A stretch of DNA of 64,000 nt from the human T2T-CHM13v2.0 reference genome, Homo sapiens. The stretch is from NCBI RefSeq assembly GCF_009914755.1, contig NC_060929.1, one strand, 5' to 3'. Made by a program: the position numbers and the translations under genes. Shown piece by piece: positions 42,110 through 55,115 of this stretch (position 1 is the first letter of the stretch; each line of letters begins with the position of its first letter). The notes under the pieces were generated by a model. It was not told the DNA's origin. It searched no databases and saw only the letters and a list, made by a program, of their open reading frames with translations.

Positions 42110-42494
42110 TTTTTATTCTCATTTTTCTTTAAGTTCTGGGATACATGTGCTGAACGTGCAGGTTTGTTACATAGGTATACATGTACCATGGTGGTTTGCT
42201 GCACCTATCAACCTGTCTTCTAGGTTTTAAGCCCTACATGCATTAGCTATTTGTCCAAATGCTTTCCCTCCCCTTGCTCCCCACCCCCCAACAGGCCCCG
42301 GTGTATGATGTTCCCCTCCCTGTGTCCATGTGTTCTCATTGTTCAACTCCCACTTATGAGTGAGAACATGAGGTATTTGGTTTTCTGTTCCTGTGTTAGT
42401 TTGCTGAGGATGATGGTTTCCAGATTAATCCATGTCCCTGCAAAGGACATGAACTCATTCTTTTTTATGGCTGCATAGTATACTATGGTGTATA
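42110..42494 (-). mobile_element. Short L1PA 3'-end insertion
   Basis: L1PA 3'UTR with T-rich tail; diverged TSD TGTCATACACCAATTTTT / TGTCATGAACCAATTCTT. Confidence 0.93.
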
Positions 42495-42649
42495 TGTCAT
42501 GAACCAATTCTTAAATATTTTGAAGCCTTCTGGCCAGACAGTGCTAATCTTAAGTCTCTGGCTAACTGCATGAGGGCTAAGGATTGTGGACATGAGTGTG
42601 ACCAAAATGGAGAACCAGAAATAAGCAAAGTGTGGGAATATCTATTATA

Positions 42650-43700
42650 TTAAGCTATTTCCTAAGGTCACATAGCTGTTAAGTGGAAGACTCAGAACTG
42701 TAGCCTGAGAGTTGAATTCCAGAATCTGTTCAGCTAACACACAGTAGACTGTCTAAGAGAAAAAGTGGCTTGTTGAAAACTTATATAGTCATAGGTTATG
42801 GTACTCAAATTCAGGTACCCCTATGTTAATTTAGTGTTCCTTTAATTATATTAGATACTTTTCAATTTTTATTAGTCAATTTATACACTAAACATTTTAA
42901 AAAACTATTTTATATGAGGTAACGTATACTAATCTTGGAGATTCAAAATGTTTAGGAAAAAATCCCTCCCTCAGTGACTTCATGGTTAAGAAAAGCTTAT
43001 GGATAGAAAATCAAATTAACTTAAATCGGACACATATTTACCAGGGCCAGCAACTGGCAAAAGGTGATCTAAACAGTAGACATTCAAAGATGAGTAAGAC
43101 ATAAAGCATGCCCACAACAACCTCACTGTTTAGTGGGAGATGGGAACATTTTAAAAAATAGATGAGGTCAGTGCAATATAACATAAAACATGTCTGAGGC
43201 TGAGAGCTGGGTGAGCCCAGCTGGCCACGTAGGGCTTCAGAGAGATGGCGAGATTTTATCTGGGCTTGTAAATAGAAATGAAATCTGTCAGGAAGATATG
43301 GAAATATTCGAAGAAGAAAAAGCTGATTGTGGAAAATGTCTGGTGTCAAGGAATTGCCCGTCATGGCTTGGAAGTGAATGAGTGGCCAGTGTGAGTGGTC
43401 TCAGCTTGCAGGAGACAGGGCTTTGCTAACTGCCCAGCTAGAGAGCACTCAGTAGTCAGAGGATAAATGAAGTTACCATAAACTTGAGCTAGAAGGAAAT
43501 GGTTCAAGAGAGTTCAGAAACACATTCCATTGCTGGGGTGACAGAGAGGACTCAGGGATGATACAAGGTTCAATGTTGAACAAGTGGGTACTGCTCACAG
43601 AGATAAAGAAGAAAATGATTGTAGAAATTGCTACTGCCTTGGATTATGATACGTTGGACACACTCAGTCTAAGTTGCCTGTGAAATATTTCGGGAGAAGA
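42650..43700. mobile_element. MIR and L2 fragments
   Basis: MIR core CCTAAGGTCACATAGCTGTTAAGTGGAAGA; L2-like TTGGACACACTCAGTCTAAGTTGCCTGTGAAATAT. Confidence 0.5.
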
Positions 43701-44034
43701 GTCCAATACATTTCAGCTAAGTAATATTTGTATATTCTTATATCCTTACCTTTCTATATTATCAAATGCTCTTTGCTCTTTCACTACTTATACAGAGAAG
43801 AAATTCAAATGAAAATGTTATGAAAATATCCAAAGACTAAAAATCCACTGCTATCACTGAATCTAGGATGAATGCTTTTTGGAGCTATCAATTTGTGAAA
43901 ATTGTAAGATAACTTATTTTATTAAAGATCATTTTTAAATCAAGGGTAAGGCTTTCTGTGGGGCCAATTTCATCAATAAAATTAGAAAAAAGTGATGAGC
44001 AAACTGATCTACCAGTTTTCTGTTTGTTTTTACC

Positions 44035-44202
44035 TTTGAATTTTAACAGTGTATTGAGATATAATTAACACACCATATAATTCACTCATTTAAAATACAC
44101 AATTTGTTGATTTGTAGTACACAAATTTGTGCAATTCTCACAAAAATCTAATTTCAGAATATTTTCATTATCACAAAGGAAATCCTGTATTCATTAGCAG
44201 TC
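44035..44202 (-). mobile_element. L1MB 3'-terminal fragment
   Basis: TATTGAGATATAATT.ACACACCATATAATTCACTCATTTAAAATACACAATT...CATTAGCAGTC. Confidence 0.75.
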
Positions 44203-44379
44203 TACAAGGCTCTTGCCATATTTTAGTAAAACTGTACTTAATACTCTAAGCAATTGTACTATTTCAAAAATATGTATTTCAAGATTTATAAAAGGAGATA
44301 CTCCTTCACTATTTCAAACATAATTCTAATATTATAGCTTCTAGATATACCAACTAAATCTAATTAAAAGTCAATGATG

Positions 44380-47300
44380 CAAACCAATAATATAATAATA
44401 GATCAAATGCTAGCATATCAAGCACACAGATTATCAGAATAAACTTAACAAATTAATACACCAACTATATACTATCTGCAAGGAACTCACTTCCAATATA
44501 AAGACACGTGTAAGTAAAAGGGGAAGAATAGAAAAATGTAAGCCATGCAAACATAAATCAAACAAAAGCTGAAGTTATTACATTAATGTCAGATCAACTA
44601 GACTTCAGAGAAAAATATTCCAGAAAAAATAACATTAAATAATAATAAAAGTGCTATTCACCAAGAAGACAGAACAATCCTACATGCATATGCACAAAAT
44701 AACAGAGACACAGAATACATAAAGAAAGAACACTCTGCTTCTAGGAGTTAAAAACTCACGGAATCAGAGAGTAGAATGACGGTTACCAGAGGCTGAGAGG
44801 TGAGGAGAAGAATGGAGAGATTTTGATCACAGGATACAAAATTGCAACTAGACAGGAAGAATAAATGATAAGTATTTAAGATGAGGGATATGTTAATTAG
44901 CTTGATTCAAGCATTCCACATGGTATACATATATCATTATAGCATCACTATGTATCCATAATTATATATGATTATAATTTGTCAAAAAATAAAATAAAAC
45001 TAATAAATCTGAAAGGAGAAATAGGTAAATTCACAATCATAATTGGGCACATCAATAACCCTCCTCTCAGTAATTAAAAGAAATTATAGGCAGAAAATCA
45101 TAAAATATACAGAAGAACTGAACAATAATACCAATAAACAGAATCTGATTAATATTTACAGAACTCTTCAGTCAATCAAAGCAGAATATACTTTCTTTTT
45201 AAGTGCCCCAGGGATATTCACCAATATAGACATTATCAGTTCATAAAACAAACTTCAATATGTTTAAAATTTTATAAATAATAAAAGTATACTCTCTGAC
45301 TATAATGTAAATAAATGAGAACTCAATAACAAAAAACGAGGTTCCAGTTATTCATAATCTTCCCATTTTTTCAAGTATTCCATCAAATACTTGGAAATTA
45401 ATTAGCATATGACTAATAACACATGGATCAAAGAGGAAGTCTCAAAGGAAATATACAAATGTATTGAACTGAATGACAATGAAAGTGCAACATATCACAG
45501 TATGCAGAATGAAAATAAGCTGTGCTGAAAAGGAAAGTCATAGCACTTAGAAATGAAGAACGGTCTGAAGTCAACACTTTAACTTACTAGAAAAGAAGAG
45601 CAAGAGCAAAATAAACCAAAATCAGGAAGAAAGAAGAAAATAACAATATACAGCAAAAAATGATAAAAATTAAAATAAGAAAACAGAGAACGATTAATAG
45701 ACTCAAAGTGGTCTTTCAAAATGATCAATGAAATGGATAAACTTCTTGCAAGCCTGATAAATAAATAAAAAGAGAACATCCATCTTACAGAAATCTGAAA
45801 TGAAGAGGGGATATCACTACTGGTATCACAGATAGTAAATAATCAGAGCTACAAACAACTCTATGCACTTACATTTGACAACTTAGATAAAATGGACACC
45901 ACTTGAACAGTACAAACTACCAACACTGGTCCAAGATAGAACAGATAATCTGAATAGTCCTACTATAAAGAAAATTGAACTATTATTTAAAAATCTTCCA
46001 AGAAATAAACTTCAGGCTTAGATGGTTTCACTGGTGGAGTCTACCAAACTTTAGAGAATAAATAACAACTCTACATAGTGTCTTTCTGAAATAGAAGACA
46101 TATTTCTAAAATCATTTTTGAGTTTACTATTTCCCTGATACAAAATCAGGAAAATACATTACTTATAAAAAAAAGAAAGAAAATTATAGACCAATATTCC
46201 TCAAGAACATAAACACCAATATCCTGAACAAAATATTAACCAAAATATGTTGTTTAATATTATATATACATACATACACACACACACACACACATATCTA
46301 TATATATATATATTTTCACCAAATGGGGATTTATTCCTAGGGATGAAAATCTCATCTGGTATTAAAAAAAAAATCAATATAATTTTCCATATTAATAGTG
46401 TAAAGAAGAAATGCCATACAATCATATCAATTGATGGAGAAAAAGCATTTGACAAAATGCAACACCTTTCATGATAAAAATATCTCAGCAACCTAGGCCT
46501 AAAACTTCCTCACCCAGATAGAGATCATCTACATAAAACCTACAGCTATCATCGTATCATATGTATGTCAAGAGGTACAGATGCCATGTAAAAGAGCTCT
46601 CAATGGCCGAAGCTGAAACAATTTGAGCTATAACACGCATACATATATAAATTTCTACATAAAGTAACATAACAATTTTGTATAAAGCCAAATATATCTT
46701 TCCTATGACCTGAAATTCAACTCCTAATTATTTACTCAAGAGAATTGAAAACAAGTTCACAAAAAGGTTTTTCTAAAATGTTCATAGCAGGTCTATTTAC
46801 AATAGTTAAAAACTGGACGACATCCCAGGTATCTTCAATAATGAATGAACAAACAAATTGGAATATTCCCACAATGGAACACTACAATAAAAACGTAGCA
46901 AATGTTTGGTGAATGCAAGAACATGGATGCATTACAAAAGCATGCTGAACAAAAAGCCTCACACATGTGAGAACATATGGCTCCATTTCGTTTACACAAA
47001 ATTTTAAACAGGCAAAACTGATCTCTATTGAAAAAACAAATCCGAACAATGGCTGCCAATTTGGGTGTAGTGGGGGGGTAGTACTGGAAGTGGCATAAAG
47101 AAACTTTCTGTGCTAAGCATAATATTCTATATTTTGATAGGGGTTTAGGTTATGGTATGTGTACTTGAAAAAAAAACTCCGTAAATCTATATTTACTACT
47201 TATGCATTTCATTGTGTATACATTTTAATACAAATCTATAAATATTGAAATCATGCTAATATATGCATGCTTAAGCATTTGAAAAGTTGTGTACTGACGT

Positions 47301-47480
47301 CTGCAATATACTTCAAAGCATTTCTAAAAATGGATTAAATGATACATGGATGTATAGATTTGATAAATCAAGTATAATAAAATAATGATAAAATCTAGGT
47401 GGTGGATATTTTCGGACTCATTGTAGACTTATTTCAGTTTGCTGTGTTCTTGAAAAATTTCATTAGAAAATCCTGAAAAA
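44380..47480 (+). mobile_element. Old L1M (L1MC/MD-type) ORF2 and 3' fragments, with a nested L1MA 3' end at ~44750-45000
   Basis: ORF2-like peptides (LINIYRTL...AEYTFFLSA; [15 protein letters not shown]). Nested GAGAGTAGAATG.CGGTTACCAGAGGCTG... ends in an A-rich tail. Confidence 0.8.
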
Positions 47481-48358
47481 ATTAATGCTACCCAATTCTT
47501 TACAAAGATGCCATTTTCCCACCAGATTAGAAGACAGACTGATGCACAAATGCCTTTAAATCAACTCACTGTGTCTAAATAAGGTCGCTGCATCCATTGT
47601 TCGTCATTTTATATTTTTGTTTTTTAGATTCATAACTTTTCTTGTGTCTCTTTACTGCTTTGAGCCAACAATGAAATTATGTGCTCTTAAAGATTCTGAT
47701 ATCCCAACAGACCTCAAACCTGCAAACCTAATTGTTCGAAAGGCTCTTCTTATTGACCGACCTATATTTATGTGCATTGTGATTGCTGCCTGTGGGGTCA
47801 GGCATGCAAACATCAATAACCTACCACCAGAAGGCACATTTTAATGACAGAGGTTAGGGAAGCAAAGGTTTACAGGATTTGCTCCCAGCAAGTTCCTTAT
47901 TCATTTTAGGGTCTTCCCCAAGATTTGTGAACCCCAAATATAGCAGAGAGGCTACTTCCTCATCCAGTATTGTGAACTTGTTCATGTAGTAACGTTATAC
48001 TGTCTTTTATCCATCTTTATTCATCTGTTACAAATTAACACAGTATCCATAGTCTTGGAATCATATAGTATCCACGCTCTTGGAATCACATTGAAAAAGC
48101 ACATAGTATCCAAGCCCTTGGATTCAAATTGAAAAGGTTTTGTAAAACTAGACAGAAAAGGTGGTTTTTGTGGAATACTCTTTGGAATTAAGCTGAGGAA
48201 GAATGTTCTAAAGAGGACGATCCAGGAGGACACAGGGCAGCAGAAATGAGGCACAGAGATGATTAGAGAATACAAAGATAGACCTTGGAAACTGTTCCGT
48301 CTCCAATTTCCTCATTAAGGCATGTGTAACTGCAGCCACTGGCCTCCATCTCTGGGAT

Positions 48359-48483
48359 CACATTCCTCTGCTCCAATGTAGCACTGTGAGATTAGCAGGT
48401 TTCATCTGAATTTCAGATGTTCTAGGCACATTCCTATGCTCCAGTACAGCAGGCTTCATCTGAATTTTAGATGTTCTGGGCAC
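48359..48483. repeat. Imperfect two-unit tandem duplication with an internal palindrome
   Basis: CACATTCCT.TGCTCCA.T...AGCAGG.TTCATCTGAATTT.AGATGTTCT.GG occurs twice (~69 and ~56 bp). Confidence 0.88.
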
Positions 48484-48688
48484 TTTGTCATAAGTGAATT
48501 TGTCAGCATAGAGAAGTAAAGCTTTGATTATCTCAAGAAAGGGGGATTCTACATATAATAAAACACTTGCTACTCAGATGTGTCTGTGGGTACATAACAA
48601 TTGCTGCAATCATATCTCAGTCCTGTGGAAAGAAGTGGGTGGTATGGAAACATAAACCAAGCAAAAAAAAAAAAAAAAAAAAAGAGTC

Positions 48689-48963
48689 TGTATTAGTCTG
48701 CTAGGGCTACCACAACAAAATATCACAGACTGGGTAGTTTAAACTGGGTCTTCACCTGGTTTTCCCGCTATGCATGTCTGTGTCCCAATTTCCCCTTCTT
48801 GTAAGATCACAAGTTGCACTGAATTATGGCTTACACTGTTGACCTAATTTGAACCTGATTACCGTTCTAAAGACCCTGTTGCCAAACGCAGTCATGTTCT
48901 GGAGTACTGGGGGTTAAAACTTCAAATAGAAATGTTAGGGTGACATAATTTAGTCCATAGCAC
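48689..48963 (-). mobile_element. MLT1A/B/C LTR, internally deleted
   Basis: TGTATTAGTCTGCTAGGGCT.CCA.AACAAAATA.CACAGACTGGGT...GGGGTTAAAACTTCAA...CCATAGCA. Confidence 0.8.
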
Positions 48964-48995
48964 AATCCTTTCCTTAAAATATTGTGAAATTCTTA

Positions 48996-49154
<159 letters not shown>

Positions 49155-49195
49155 TCACTTCAATAAACTGTAACATGCAGGGAATGGAGTGATAG

Positions 49196-49521
<326 letters not shown>

Positions 49522-49539
49522 TCGTCATCTTTTTTGTAG

Positions 49540-50098
49540 TGACAGGAAGCAGGCTTGCTTGTGCACCTGAGTCCACTATGCTTCCATAGGGATGTGCACA
49601 TCAGTGCTTCTCCTGCTCTGTTGGTTGCATGATTTTATCACAGGGGTCTGATCCCAGCCCACTCATTTCCCATATTACCTGGCTTCCCTTTCAGTCTGAC
49701 CAATGAAAGGTACAGGCCAGAGACAGAAGGACAGAAGGGAAGGGGCGCCAGGGTATCTCCCCCTCTCTCTCTGCCTTGGTGAGTGTTTCCAGTAGCAGCC
49801 ACATCTTCCTTGCTGCTCAGGTTCCTAGAAAGCCCTGAGCTCCATGGTTCCAACTTTTACTAGGCAGTCCCCAGTATAAAATGTTAGTCCCATCAAAATG
49901 CCTCTTGTATTTGGTTACTTGAAATTCTACTGCTTCCTACTGTTGGGACAGTAGCTCCTTCAGGCAGTTAAATTGCCACGCTAACCTGCCTGCCTTCTCA
50001 TCTTCCCAACACCTATGTAACAGATCTTTATGTTAAACTCCCTATATGTGGAAAAACTAGAGTAGTGTTTGCTTCACTGTCTGGATCCTAGCTGATAT
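49540..50098 (+). mobile_element. LTR33-like ERVL LTR
   Basis: CTGGCTTCC.TTT.AGT.TGACCAATG..AGG.ACAGGC.AGAGA...TTAAACTCCCT...GGA.CCTAGCTGATA. Confidence 0.55.
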
Positions 50099-51163
50099 GG
50101 GGGTGGTCTGCTGACCAATGTATTTGATTTATATATGCACACACACACACAGACACGTGAATAGACATAAACATACATCTTGCTTTTCCTTTGTTCTTCT
50201 CTTTCTAAACTTAAATACTTTTTATTACCTAATTCGAGCTCCAATTTGGGATTTGTAGATGCTCAGATTTCTTCTGAAACACATTTCTTTGCAGAAAATA
50301 AAATTGAAGTCTTTATGAAAATCTAAAGATGCTATGCTAGTTTATTGCAGTAAGGAGAATGAAGGAGAAAAATAAGAGCTGTGACAAAATTACAGAAGCA
50401 AAATAATGTTGTCAGATTTAATTAGGGGGTGTATTATGGCAAGATGGGGCAGGGGAGAAAAATAATCCATGCTAAAGTTGGTCACTGGCAGATAATATTT
50501 TGAGTAAAATATGAAAGGAACATTTGTATTCTTTGTCAAAATCATTACAGATTTATAGATAGTTTGAAAATGGAAGACATGTGAACAAATAATTGTAGGG
50601 AGTGTGGCTCATGATCTAACCTAGACCATGGCAAATGCCATGAGAGACTGAGAGTGAAGAGACTAAAGGGCTTGAGACATAAAGGAGATGGGATTCATTC
50701 TGGATCTTTAGGAGTTACTAGGGTGTTGTAAGGAGTAGGGGATGGGTCCTCTGGGCAGCTGGAACAGCGTGTGCAAATTATCAAGGTGCCCCGAGCCTCA
50801 GTTGGTTAGGGCATGGTGGAAACTGTGTGTGCTAGGAGCATGGGGTACACGGGCTGGAGAGAAAGGGAATGAGATTCCGGCTCACACACCCATCACTCTT
50901 GAATAGGCGGGACGCCTGACCACCCTTGGGAAGAAAAATGTGAGAATAACAAGGTTTGAATAATAGTACTGGGGCTGACCACAGACTGCTAGAGTTCCAG
51001 TGGGGAATGGAGGGAAATGATCTGATGAACTCAGTTTCCTTTCCTTTAAGGACAGGGCCACAAAGCTGGGGTGACCTTTGCTGTCAGTCTGTAGGCTCCT
51101 CACATCTTCACTGAGATAATGAGAACCCAACTTTCACTTTAGGTGCACTTGAGCAGAACGTAC

Positions 51164-51826
51164 TGTTATTGGCCATGTCCAGGTTCATTCTGCCTGCACG
51201 CAGTAAATCAATCACTGTGACATGGGCTTTGCAAAAGAGAATAGATGTATTCACAAGGCCACAGAGCAAGGAGTCAGGAGAACAGGTCTCAAATCCTCCT
51301 CCCTGAAAATAAGGCTTATGGATATTTATGAGTTAGGAAAGTAGGGTGTTCTAAGGTGAAAAATGAATAACAGGTTCATTCTGCATAAGCGCAGTCAGGC
51401 TTCATGGGACTTCACAAGACATATGTACAGAGAACAGTAGTGTCACCGTAATCTAAGGATGGAGCTTTTAGCCCTCCAACATCAAAACGCCACTTGTAGT
51501 TTGGGGTAAAATATGGAAGGTCCAAGTGCTGTAGGGCACTTGCACAGGCTCAGTTGAAGGGTTCATGGTCTCAAGCAGTTTGAACTGGAGGGAAGCTGGC
51601 TTAAGTTTCTGAAAAACAACTGAAGGAACCGTTACCGTGGTGACCTTTGAATGTTATCTGTAAAGTGTCCAGTGAAGGTTAAGTTTGAGCATTCAGTCGC
51701 GAAACCTTCTGCTACTGCGGCCTTTGGCTGCGTGGAAAAAGGAAAACAATAATAATGATAACACAAGGTAAGTGACCAAAAGCAATCAAGGCAGGCAGAC
51801 CTGATCAGATTAACCCCTCAGTTTCA
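51164..51826 (-). mobile_element. ERV1 (MER4-group) solo LTR
   Basis: TGTTA...CAGTTTCA termini; CAATCACTG.GACA, TCTCAAATCC.CCTCCCTGA and TTCTGAAAAACAACT; flanks GTAC/GGAC. Confidence 0.7.
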
Positions 51827-53021
51827 GGACTCAGAGACAGCGCCTTCAAACCCGTAGTGCCTGGAAAGAGGAGAAATGGAATAGAGTGACAATTAGCTGA
51901 ACAAAGAGATAAGCACAAAAAGGCATGTGCAGTGCCTGTGAGGTGGCATCAGGAGCATTCATGCCAGCAGTGCCAGTGAGGGAGAGAAGAGGGGCCTGGG
52001 TGGGGACAAGGCTGGGACCTGCTGTGGGTGACCAGTTGGCCTGTCTGTCTTGGAGCCCCTGCCTGCGGCCTCCCCTCAGATAATATGCTGCACTCTGGGT
52101 GCTGTGTGGAAACTTCTGGACCTCTGGGAAGACATTTTTACCAAATTGTTGTACACTATTTTGTAAAAATAAATTATTTTATTCAGTACAGTTATTTCAA
52201 AATAAGAGCATACACATGAACACTGTCACTAAAGCCTGTCAGGGAGGTACCAGAGATCTTCAAGGAGTTAGAGTCTCGTATTTGAAAAACTGCCGCAAAA
52301 CTACAAATTAAATACCCACAGCCTTAGAAGTAGAAATTATATTTAAAGATCGTCGCATGTGATGATAAAAAACATTGTATTCATATGAAGCTTTGGATGA
52401 ACCCATTATTAATGAGAAAGATAATTTTAAAATTAATTACCTCCTTATCAAAGATAGAGTGATTGCATGAAAAGGCACTTTGAAACGAGGACCACTCGTG
52501 AATCCACTCTGGGTTTCTTGTACTGCCTTCACAAGTTACAGGAACTGCCAGAGAAATCATTAAAATATGACTGTGTATATTTAAATTTAAGATTAAATTC
52601 AGACTCAAAGCTGATGTGTATGAAGAGTTAAGCCTTTTCAGAAAATTGTTCCACAAGAATCATCATCTTTAGATGCACTGAAATTTATTTTTCATAAGGC
52701 CTCATTAGGTATTTATCCTATTGTTGTCATAGCCAATTTAATACTCTTCAGGAACAGTTGGATCAGGATTTTGAGTCTACTCAAAATTTAGTATAATAAA
52801 AATTATTTGTGATCTTACATTTCCCAAGAGCAAGTGACATTGTTTTAAATTATATCAATAGAAAATAAAGTTGCTAAGTGCATACGTTTTAATGGCTTAG
52901 TAGAAGTATTTTCAGAAAAATGTAGCCATTGAAATCTTATGCTCTAGCAAGGTATCACATTAATAAAGTATTATTACTTATATATTATATACAATTATTA
53001 TTTCAAAATATTATTTTTGCA

Positions 53022-53168
53022 ATTTATGATTGCGGTGTTATGTACAAAATTACTCTGATTGAGTTTTATTAATGAAAAAAATTTTAGTCAGAGTAATTTT
53101 ATACATTTATGATTGTGGTATTACTTATGTACAAAATTACTCCAATTATTATTAATGAAAAATATTTT
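53022..53168. repeat. Imperfect direct repeat (~84-bp period)
   Basis: ATTTATGATTG.GGT.TTA...TGTACAAAATTACTC..ATT...TTATTAATGAAAAA at 53022 and 53106. Confidence 0.85.
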
Positions 53169-53169
53169 T

Positions 53170-53340
53170 ATAAAAAATTTAGCTGAGCTTGCTGATACAT
53201 TCTTATAGTCCTAGCTACTAGGGAGGCTGAGGCAGGAGAGTCGCTTGAACCTGGGAGGCGGAGGTTGGAGATGGCCAAGATCATGCCACTGCACTCCGGC
53301 CTGGGTGACAGAGTGAGACTCCATTTCAAAAAACAAAACC
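53170..53340 (+). mobile_element. Alu right arm only
   Basis: Linker AAAAAATTTAGC followed by the right monomer and an A-rich tail. Confidence 0.88.
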
Positions 53341-53432
53341 CAAATATTTTTATATAAAAGGGTCTATATTTGAGTATCTGCAACTGAGCTTATTTTTCTT
53401 ACTTTTGAAGAGGAGGCCTCATGTTTTCATTT

Positions 53433-54176
53433 AAGAATATTTACTGAAGTTGTATATATTTAATGTATGCAGCACGATGTTTTGAAATCCTTGTACATAG
53501 TGAACTCATGGCTGCTGTCAAGATAGCTAACGTGTGCGTCTCTTCACAGAGTTACCATTTCTTTGAGTGTGGTCAGAACACTTAATATCTACCCTTTAAC
53601 ATATTTCATGTATATAATACAGTAGTATTAACTATAGTCTCCATGCTACACATTAGAACTTATTCATTCTACATAATTAAAACTGTAATAAGATATCACC
53701 CCCCACCTGTTAGGATGGCTATTATCATAAAGACAAAAGATCACATGTTGGGAATGATGTAGAGAAAAGGAAAACCTTATACACTATTGATGGGAATATA
53801 AATTGGCACAGCCACTATGGAAAACAGTCTTGAGATTCCTCAAAGAATTGAAAATAGAACTATCATATGATCCAGCAGTCCCTTTTCTGGGTGTATATCC
53901 AAAGAAATGAAATCAGTGTGTTGAAGAGAGGTACCTGCACTCTCATATTTCTTGCAACATTACTGACAATAGACAAGAAATGGAATCAACCTAAGCATCC
54001 AACAATGAATACATGAATTAAGCAATAGTGGGATATTAACAATGGAATATTATTCAGCCCTAAAAAAGGAAGAAACTCTTGCTGCTTGGGACAAGGTGGG
54101 TGAACCTGAAAAACATTCTAAATCAAATAAGCCAGATACAGAAGGAAAAATATAGCATGGTCTTACTTATATGTGG

Positions 54177-54208
<32 letters not shown>

Positions 54209-54331
54209 CAATAAACTGCAGTGCATTAATAGAAACAGAGTAGAATGGTGGCTATCAAGGACTGGGGAGAGGGGCAGTGATGGATAGGGGTTGGTATTAG
54301 GGAAACTGAGACTTGTTGGTCAAATGATACA
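53433..54331 (-). mobile_element. L1MA 3' end with 5' inversion (53433-53687 minus, 53688-54331 plus) inserted in a MER91
   Basis: The two segments are adjacent in the L1MA consensus but lie in opposite orientations. TTTTCATTT flanks both sides. Contains (AAT)n at 54177-54213. Confidence 0.8.
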
Positions 54332-54740
54332 TTTTCATTTTTGCGCTGGCTTCACAAATTATGTGACTGGTTCTGCTTATAAGTGTGCTAATTCTATAGA
54401 ATTTATTTGTTCCTCTCAGGTATATTTTCATTTCCTTTTGTTGGTATTTTTAAGCTACTTAGATACCTCAGCATTACTAATGTGTTCTAGCTAATATTAT
54501 CTTTCAGATTAATTACTCTGAATGAATTGCATAGCCTTATAGAGTAAACAAGTTTAATGATTTGTAAACTTCCTCCAGACTGCTGTGTGCTTTACTGTTT
54601 CTAATTGAATCTGTCACTGTTTTATTTATTTGTTCATGTTTGTAAACATTTCTCCTTCCCAGTGAGTCAAGGAGCTTTCAACCCATCAACGTGAGCTGTG
54701 TCACCTAATTCCCAGTTGTAAATATGAGCTTGTAGAAGGG

Positions 54741-55115
54741 TGATACAATTTGGGTGTGTCTCCACCCAAATCTCATCTTGAATTATAGTTGCCATAACCC
54801 CTATGTGTCATGGGAGGGACCCTATGGGAGGTATTTGGATCATGGAAGCCGTTACCCTCATGCTGTTCTCATTACAGTGAGTGAGTTCTCACAAAATCTG
54901 GTGGTTTTATAAGAGGATTTTCTCACTTTTGCTCATTCTTCTCTTTCCTGCCACCATGTGAAGAAGGACATATTTTCTTCCCCGTCTGCCATGATTGTAA
55001 GTTTCTTCAGATCTCCACAGCCCTGTGGAAGTGTGAGTCAGTTAAATCTTTTTCCTTTATAAATTACCCAGTCTCAGGTATGTCTTTATTAGCAGTGTGA
55101 GAATGAACTAATACA
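54741..55115 (+). mobile_element. THE1D-like MaLR solo LTR
   Basis: TGATACAATTTGG.TGTGTC.CCACCCAAATCTCATCTTGAATT...GAACTAATACA. Confidence 0.92.
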
